Program-made: the position numbers and the translations under genes | From: Candidatus Saccharimonadota bacterium | GTDB lineage: Archaea; Micrarchaeota; Micrarchaeia; Micrarchaeales; Micrarchaeaceae | Length of the DNA: 32,000 bases | NCBI GenBank assembly: GCA_963698035.1 | Contig: OY969114.1 | Coordinates: 180,001 to 212,000, forward strand | Direction of reading: 5' to 3' | The notes under the pieces: generated by a model | Database searches by the model: none | Told to the model about the DNA's origin: nothing | The model's input: only the letters and a program-made list of their open reading frames with translations | Shown here: positions 24,604-30,004 of the stretch, one piece after another | How the letters are laid out: each line of letters starts with the position of its first letter | How positions within the stretch are numbered: position 1 is the stretch's first letter

Positions 24604-24610
24604 AATATCA

Positions 24611-26374
24611 CTACGCCAGCTTGAACTGTCCTAACTGGAGGCGGAGGCTGCCGCCCAGGATCTTTGCGAGCTGGTTAGTAAGTGTCACCACAATCACGAT
24701 GTCGAGCACTAACAGGATGAACTGGATTATTAAGGGCAGTATTTGATACATCACACCGTTGAAGAGGGGGTATATGCTGGTAATGGAGGTTAATCCCGCA
24801 TAGGCGCCCGCCTCGTAAAGCCCTCCGGCATAGAAGAAGTTGCAAAGCACGCCGTCGGCGAGGGCGTTCAAGATTGCATTGTTGAAGTTGAAGCTGCATG
24901 TGGTCGGAATCGAAATTCCACTATTATTAACCACGAAGCTCGTCACAGGCTGGTTGAACGCGACTAGCGTGGTGGGATAGATGAGCGATAGTCCGATAGC
25001 TATCGCTATCAGCGTGCCGCCGATTCCCCTCAGGAACGGCAAGGCCCTAAGTATTATCCCAATTGGAAGGAAGACGAGGAGGCCTATCATGATAATGCTC
25101 TGTAGGAGCACCGCCTGAGCCTGCATCACTAAAAGCACGGGCACTATGACAAAGGTGAGGGAGTCCCTGAGGAAGGAGAGGTTCTTGCCCGCGCCGGTGG
25201 TGTCTATTATGCTACTCTGGAATATATTTTCTTTCGAGCCGTCCTGCAGCGCGGCAAAGAGCAAGCCAGGGATGGGAAGAATTGGTACCGGTATCCATGT
25301 CGACAATACGACGCTCTGTATGAAATTGACTCCGAGGGCGGCCCCTGCAGAGAAGTAGAATGCCTGCGTTGCAAGGAGCACCTCGTTCTGCAGGTATTTG
25401 CTAGCAGCCCCGTAGAGATTCTGCCCCAGGTTCGTTTGGATTATACCGGATCCTGTAGCGGGAGTTGCCCCCGCGAGCGTCGCGGCTATCCCGCTCAATA
25501 TTACCAGGCTGGCGAATATCAGCGCTATTATCATTATGCTCTTGGCGGTCTCCTTCAGCTCATTGATATACCACCTCTTGAGGCTCTGTATGCGGACTAC
25601 CGTGTCGAGCATGTAGCATATTGCGATCAGTGCAAGTGAGAGAAGTATGCCTATCATGGCGATCGGCAGGGCATACGAGATGCAGCTGTCGAAGGTAGTC
25701 GTCGTGCCTGTAATTATGCACGCAATAAGGTTATTACCGGCTGGTACTACTGTCAGGGTCTGCGGGGTGCTGCAGACGCCATTTGTGAGGTCGCATCCTA
25801 CGACAGTATAGCTGCCGGGGGCGGAGCAAGGTGAGGATGTGCCGCATGTAAACGTGGCTGGGCCGCTGGGGTTGCTCGCGACCTTCTGCCCGTTTATAGT
25901 TATATAAGTGCTGTCCTGCACGTTAGGCTGAGACGTTGCGCTTATGCTGTCGCCAGTCCCGGAGGTGGCTTGGCTGTATTGTATGTAAAGAGAGACGCCG
26001 GACAGCAGCTGCTGGCTGTTTATCGTAAGGAATGTGTTGGTGCACTGGTTGCTGGTCAGGTCGCAGCCGATGACGCTGTATACCCCTGGCGGGTAACAGT
26101 TGACCAGGCCATTGACGCAGATGGTGTAGGTGGCGTCGCCGGTTGCGCTTGAGGCGACCGTAAGTCCGTTTATTATTATGTTGGCGCCGTCGGATGTGGG
26201 CGTCGGCACAGTGGTTATCGTGTCCTGTACGCCGCTGTTGATTGGGTTGTAGGTAAATTGGAGGTAGACGGCGCCGGATTGGAGCTGCGCAGACCAGGTC
26301 CTGCCTGCGAAAGATGCCAGCAGCATCAGGGAGAGCACTAAAAGGAAAGCGCCCCGCTGCATTTTCACCCGCAT
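24611..26374 (-). CDS. Polytopic membrane protein, member 1 of 6 of the tandem paralog family, with an N-terminal secreted domain of two Cys4 repeats
   Basis: The signal peptide is MRVKMQRGAFLLVLSLMLLASFAGRTWSA. Two ~85-aa repeats span aa 36-118 and 129-208. The family motifs are ICYMLDTVVRIQSLKRWYINELKE; ILRALPFLRGIGGTLIAIAIGLSLIYP; and the C-terminal LAKILGGSLRLQLGQFKLA. Confidence 0.7.
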   Translation of the reverse strand: MRVKMQRGAFLLVLSLMLLASFAGRTWSAQLQSGAVYLQFTYNPINSGVQDTITTVPTPTSDGANIIINGLTVASSATGDATYTICVNGLVNCYPPGVYSVIGCDLTSNQCTNTFLTINSQQLLSGVSLYIQYSQATSGTGDSISATSQPNVQDSTYITINGQKVASNPSGPATFTCGTSSPCSAPGSYTVVGCDLTNGVCSTPQTLTVVPAGNNLIACIITGTTTTFDSCISYALPIAMIGILLSLALIAICYMLDTVVRIQSLKRWYINELKETAKSIMIIALIFASLVILSGIAATLAGATPATGSGIIQTNLGQNLYGAASKYLQNEVLLATQAFYFSAGAALGVNFIQSVVLSTWIPVPILPIPGLLFAALQDGSKENIFQSSIIDTTGAGKNLSFLRDSLTFVIVPVLLVMQAQAVLLQSIIMIGLLVFLPIGIILRALPFLRGIGGTLIAIAIGLSLIYPTTLVAFNQPVTSFVVNNSGISIPTTCSFNFNNAILNALADGVLCNFFYAGGLYEAGAYAGLTSITSIYPLFNGVMYQILPLIIQFILLVLDIVIVVTLTNQLAKILGGSLRLQLGQFKLA

Positions 26375-26395
26375 ACTAAGCTGTCAATAATAAGG

Positions 26396-26403
26396 TATTT
26401 ATA
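26396..26403 (-). promoter_or_regulatory. TATA box (TATAAATA on the minus strand) preceding the six-paralog block
   Basis: It is the same octamer as the tRNA-Cys promoter. It is centred 25-26 nt upstream of ATG 26374 and lies directly after the stop (26407-26409) of the upstream gene. Confidence 0.45.
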
Positions 26404-26406
26404 GTC

Positions 26407-27147
26407 CTATCTCTTCAGGAGCGCGAACCTCTTCATGTAGCATTCGCTCTGCAGCATGACGAGGAAGGGCAGTATGAAGAATGAGTCGAAGACGAGCATC
26501 GCATACTTCGAAATAAGGGCGCCGCTCACCGTTATGAATATTAAGTCAAAGAAGGTCACAAGGACTATGCCGATCGCAAGCCAGAGAAGGAAGTAATCGA
26601 ACCTCTTCATGAAGAAGGAGAGGCTGGCGCGCATGGCGTGGACAATGCCGCGCTCGTCTATCACTATAGAGGATGGCGCATAGAAGAAGAACGGGGCGAA
26701 GACCAGCCCGACAACCGCGGTCGCTATCCCTGCGATCCCATACGAATAGGTGAGGAGGTTTGTGGCTATCACTATGGTGGTGTAGAAGATGAGGACTACG
26801 AATACCCTTCCGGTGTACCTCTCTAGCCCCTCTATCACCTCGTGCCTTATCCTTGCGTTGGTCCTGCTGTGCTTGACTATTACATTTATCGCCACAATCG
26901 CGAAGCTGAGGAAGAGGAGCGAGAAGAGCATGGAGGCGACTATTACGGCGCTGTTCAGCACATTCAGGTTTACGAATACACTGGCGCTCCTTATGAATAT
27001 CCCGCCTATGTCGCTGTACGTTGGAAGTGAAGCGAATATCGGGATGAGGATTGCTATGAAGAATGCAATGGAGAAGAGCAGCAGGAGCCCTAAGCGTTTG
27101 AAGTAGGTGTCAACGGTGTACGCCAGCACATTGGTCATGTAGGTCAA
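26407..27147 (-). CDS. Hypothetical polytopic membrane protein (~6 TM helices)
   Basis: There are six hydrophobic segments (e.g. LGLLLLFSIAFFIAILIPIFASL; AVIVASMLFSLLFLSFAIVAINVIV; FLLWLAIGIVLVTFFDLIFITV) and a cytoplasmic loop KHSRTNARIRHEVIEGLERYTGR. The start is TTG 27147 or ATG 27138. A TATA-like ATATTTATTA lies at 27166-27175 on the minus strand. I recognise no family with confidence. Confidence 0.7.
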   Translation of the reverse strand: MTYMTNVLAYTVDTYFKRLGLLLLFSIAFFIAILIPIFASLPTYSDIGGIFIRSASVFVNLNVLNSAVIVASMLFSLLFLSFAIVAINVIVKHSRTNARIRHEVIEGLERYTGRVFVVLIFYTTIVIATNLLTYSYGIAGIATAVVGLVFAPFFFYAPSSIVIDERGIVHAMRASLSFFMKRFDYFLLWLAIGIVLVTFFDLIFITVSGALISKYAMLVFDSFFILPFLVMLQSECYMKRFALLKR

Positions 27148-27226
27148 TAACTAATGCACAGCAACTAATAAATATGTAGCACAGAGGCAGGAGGGATAGA
27201 TGCGGTTTGCGCTGTGCAATCGGCGA

Positions 27227-27604
27227 TTATACGCACACCTTGGCGATGGTGCTTGCGGCCGTCCCGCTTATCAAGCCGAGTATGTATGGTGCGAGGAGCG
27301 CGATTACCACGCCGACTATTCCTCCCATTATCATACCGAGGCCGTAACCTTGGGCTGCTCCCTTTGTGGTGCTAGGCAGCACATTTCCAGCTGCATAGAG
27401 GACGGCACCGGTTATTATGAGCGCCAGTGCTAGAATGAATATTACGGTGTGTACAGTGTTGTATACCAAGCAGATCTGGCTTGTTATGGTGGTTGCTGGG
27501 GTTACTGGTGCCGATACCGTGAATGATGCCAGCACGCCTGTCATCATCAGCAGAGATATTCCGATTAGATACAGTTTTCTGGTGACCTTGTAGCTGTTTA
27601 CCAT
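27227..27604 (-). CDS. VirB2/TrbC/CedA1-like conjugative-type pilin candidate, copy 1 (intact, 125 aa)
   Basis: It has a basic N-terminus and a signal-peptide h-region (MVNSYKVTRKLYLIGISLLMMTGVLASFTVSA|P). The ~90-aa mature part has two hydrophobic helices (VHTVIFILALALIITGAVLYAAG and GLGMIMGGIVGVVIALLAPYILGLI) joined by a short polar loop with one Lys (NVLPSTTKGAAQG). This is the VirB2-type helical-hairpin architecture. A strong SD (AGGAGG) lies 8 nt upstream. There is no class III (type IV pilin) signal. Confidence 0.55.
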   Translation of the reverse strand: MVNSYKVTRKLYLIGISLLMMTGVLASFTVSAPVTPATTITSQICLVYNTVHTVIFILALALIITGAVLYAAGNVLPSTTKGAAQGYGLGMIMGGIVGVVIALLAPYILGLISGTAASTIAKVCV

Positions 27605-27689
27605 ATTACAACCTCCTACTGCACGCTATGGGATGGATAGATGCGGTTTGCGCTGTGCAATCGGCGATTATACGCATACTGAGGCGATG

Positions 27690-28097
27690 CTACTTGCAGC
27701 CGTTCCGGTTATCAAGCCGAGTATGTATGGTGCGAGGATTGCAATTATCACGCCGACTATTCCTCCCATTATCATACAGTATGTATGGTGCGAGGATTGC
27801 AATTATCACGCCGACTATTCCTCCCATTATCATACCGAGGCCGTAACCTTGGGCTGCTCCCTTTGTGGTGCTAGGCAGCACATTTCCAGCTGCATAGAGG
27901 ACGGCACCGGTTATTATGAGCGCCAGTGCTAGAATGAATATTACGGTGTGTACAGTGTTGTATACCAAGCAGATCTGGCTTGTTATGGTGGTTGCCGCGG
28001 TTTGCGATACCGTGAATGATGCCAGCACGCCTGTCATCATCAGCAGAGATATTCCGATTAGATACAGTTTTCTGGTGACCTTGTAGCTGTTTACCAT
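27690..28097 (-). CDS. VirB2-like pilin candidate, copy 2; C-terminus frameshifted by an internal 58-bp tandem duplication
   Basis: It matches copy 1 through ...GMIMGGIVGVIIAILAPYIL except at the mature N-terminus (SQTAATT versus SAPVTPATT). It then runs into out-of-frame sequence (YDNGRNSRRDNCNPRTIHTRLDNRNGCK). Removing one 58-bp copy restores ...APYILGLITGTAASSIASVCV with a stop at 27668-27670, which parallels copy 1 (...APYILGLISGTAASTIAKVCV). Confidence 0.55.
   Translation of the reverse strand: MVNSYKVTRKLYLIGISLLMMTGVLASFTVSQTAATTITSQICLVYNTVHTVIFILALALIITGAVLYAAGNVLPSTTKGAAQGYGLGMIMGGIVGVIIAILAPYILYDNGRNSRRDNCNPRTIHTRLDNRNGCK
27730..27845. repeat. Perfect tandem duplication, 2 x 58 bp
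   Basis: AGTATGTATGGTGCGAGGATTGCAATTATCACGCCGACTATTCCTCCCATTATCATAC occurs at 27730-27787 and again at 27788-27845 without a mismatch. Because 58 is not a multiple of 3, it shifts the frame of pilin copy 2. Confidence 0.95.
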
Positions 28098-28285
28098 ATT
28101 ACAACCTTTTATTGCATGATTACGCTTGTAATGACCGCAACTAAAGATATTGAGACGGAAGTATTTAAAAGCCTTTCGCTCTTGGGCTTATTTGGCTGAA
28201 GTAGATACCGTTGATTGCGGGCTGCACAATGCATTAATATTAATTGTTTCCCTCCCAATAGTGGCTACGAAGAGCGTGCTTTGCG

Positions 28286-30004
28286 ATGAGGATACTCCAA
28301 CTTGACTCTGACAGCATAGGATACGAGCTCATGGAGCCCGAGTCAGAGGTCTACGAGAAGAGCGATGGGAAGAGTTTCGAGACAAAGGAGGCGCTCGTTC
28401 TTTTCACCTCGGTAGAGGATGGGGACACTGAGGCGTTGGTGAGCAAGGCGATAGGGGACGCTGTTGAATTCGCGGACAGGCTAAAAAGGAAGACTATTGT
28501 GATATACCCGTTCGCACACCTAAGTTCAGACCTGGAAAAGCCACAGAGGGCGATGAACCTCTTCAACTATATGGTGAAAGAGGCGGAGAAGTCAGACCTG
28601 AAGGTGTACCATGCCCCGTTCGGCTGGAACAAACGGCTCTCCATACAGGTGAAGGGGCATCCATTGGCGGAGATGTCGAGAAGCTACGGAGGTAAAGGGG
28701 GTAAACCGCAAAAGAGGGCGAAAAAGGTAGATCTATCCATAGTAAAGAAGAGCGACTTTTCGGGTCTCCCTGAAACCGATCACAGGATCATCGGTGAGCG
28801 CCTTGACCTTTTCAGCTTCCAGGAGGTTTCACCCGGTATGGTTTATTGGCACAATAATGGAAACATAATCTTCAAGGAGCTCATGAGGTATATAAGGGAG
28901 ATGCTTGAGAAATATGGCTATGATGAGATAGCAACTCCGGTCCTTGCAAACATTGCGCTATGGCATGTTAGCGGCCACATAGAGCACTATAGAGAAAACA
29001 TGTTCATAATTAACAACAATGGAGAAGAGCTCGGTCTAAAGCCGATGAACTGCCCATCGACAATGCTTGTTTATAAGTCGAAGAAGTGGAGTTACAAGGA
29101 ATTCCCGATAAGGTTTGGGGATTTCGACAAGCTTTACAGGAACGAGATAAGCGGTGCACTGACAGGATTATTCAGAGTCAGAGAGATGACCCAAGATGAC
29201 GCCCATATTTTTGTGACAGAAGAACAGGTGGAGCAGGAGCTTACCGGTGTATTGAACATGGTCAAGGAACTGTATGGACAATTTGATCTAAAATACAAGG
29301 CAAAAGTATCGACAATGCCTGATGACCACGCGGGTGATGAGAAAATATGGGAGAAGGCGACAAAGACGCTGGAAAAAGTGATGAAGGCGAATGGTATGAC
29401 GTATGAGGTCAAGGAGAAGGAGGGTGCTTTCTATGGGCCAAAAATAGATTTTGACATAAAGGACTCTTTGGGGAGGGATTGGCAGTGCGCGACTGTGCAA
29501 CTTGATCACCTGTTCCCAGTAAGATTTAATTTATCTTATACAGGAGAGGATGGAAAGGAGCATCAACCAGTGATAATACACAGGACGATATTTGGCACTT
29601 TGGAAAGGTTCTTGGGAATCCTGATAGAGCACTATCAAGGCAGGTTTCCCACTTGGCTATCTCCAGTGCAGGCGATAGTCATACCTATATCTGAGCAGAC
29701 CAACGGCTATGGTGCAGGGCTCTTCGATGAGCTCAAGAAGGCGGGCATAAGGGCGGAGCTGGACGAATCCGACAGGACACTAGATTACAGGATAAGGGAC
29801 GCGCGGGAGCGCAAAATCCCGTACATGGTAATTGTGGGTAAGAGGGAGGAAGACGCCGGCACAATCTCGGCGAGGAGTAGGGAGGGAGTCCAGCAGCAGG
29901 GGCTGAAGCTGCAGCAGTTTGTAGATAATATAAAGAAGGAAATTCTCTCGAGGAGCATGCAGCTTGGTGTCATTTCCGGCGAGAAGAGGGCGCCGAAGAA
30001 GTGA
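28286..30004 (+). CDS. thrS: Threonine--tRNA ligase, archaeal type with N-terminal editing domain
   Basis: The N-terminal ~140 aa resemble the archaeal ThrRS editing (D-aminoacyl-tRNA-deacylase-like) domain (IVIYPFAHLSSDLEKP...HAPFGWNKRLSIQVKGHPLAE). The class II core is DHRIIGERLDLFSFQEVSPGMVYWHNNGNIIFKELMRYIRE..., FRVREMTQDDAHIF, and GAFYGPKIDF. The C-terminal anticodon-binding domain is VQAIVIPISEQ...PYMVIVGKRE. Confidence 0.93.
   Translation: MRILQLDSDSIGYELMEPESEVYEKSDGKSFETKEALVLFTSVEDGDTEALVSKAIGDAVEFADRLKRKTIVIYPFAHLSSDLEKPQRAMNLFNYMVKEAEKSDLKVYHAPFGWNKRLSIQVKGHPLAEMSRSYGGKGGKPQKRAKKVDLSIVKKSDFSGLPETDHRIIGERLDLFSFQEVSPGMVYWHNNGNIIFKELMRYIREMLEKYGYDEIATPVLANIALWHVSGHIEHYRENMFIINNNGEELGLKPMNCPSTMLVYKSKKWSYKEFPIRFGDFDKLYRNEISGALTGLFRVREMTQDDAHIFVTEEQVEQELTGVLNMVKELYGQFDLKYKAKVSTMPDDHAGDEKIWEKATKTLEKVMKANGMTYEVKEKEGAFYGPKIDFDIKDSLGRDWQCATVQLDHLFPVRFNLSYTGEDGKEHQPVIIHRTIFGTLERFLGILIEHYQGRFPTWLSPVQAIVIPISEQTNGYGAGLFDELKKAGIRAELDESDRTLDYRIRDARERKIPYMVIVGKREEDAGTISARSREGVQQQGLKLQQFVDNIKKEILSRSMQLGVISGEKRAPKK

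Larger units (their letters stand above)
27194..28107. repeat. Tandem segmental duplication (~0.42-0.47 kb units) carrying the two pilin genes
   Basis: Unit A is 27194-27614 and unit B is 27635-28107. Both start with GGATAGATGCGGTTTGCGCTGTGCAATCGGCGATTATACGCA and end with CCATATTACAACCT. A ~175-bp core (from CATACCGAGGCCGTAACC to GGTGGTTGC) and the signal-peptide/5' region are identical. The 3' coding third and a short patch at the predicted mature N-terminus have diverged. Confidence 0.9.

Noticed and set aside
27227-28097. Reading the small hairpin proteins as type IV pilins or archaellins.
   Set aside because: They lack the class III signal (basic stretch, G/A-cleavage site, hydrophobic helix starting at +1). 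That signal is clearly present in the unrelated protein 2963..3454. No PilB/FlaI-type ATPase or PilC/FlaJ-type platform gene is in the cluster. The ATPase present is of the VirB4/HerA type.
27194-28107. Whether the repeats at 27.2-28.1 kb could be a CRISPR array or minisatellite.
   Set aside because: There are only two units of ~440 bp and they are protein-coding (pilin genes). The 58-bp element is present in just two abutting copies without spacers. There are no cas genes in the window.
11313-28107. Reading the cluster as an integrated conjugative element or plasmid.
   Set aside because: I see no integrase/recombinase, relaxase, replication gene or toxin-antitoxin pair. I also see no obvious flanking direct repeats, although I did not search for them exhaustively by eye. 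The flanks are top6B and thrS, and codon usage looks native. The only tRNA lies 6.5 kb away from the cluster boundary.
28116-28199. A 27-codon ORF (MITLVMTATKDIETEVFKSLSLLGLFG) in the pilin/thrS intergenic region.
   Set aside because: It has no SD or TATA at an appropriate distance and no distinctive composition. It is very short and probably a chance ORF in a promoter region.
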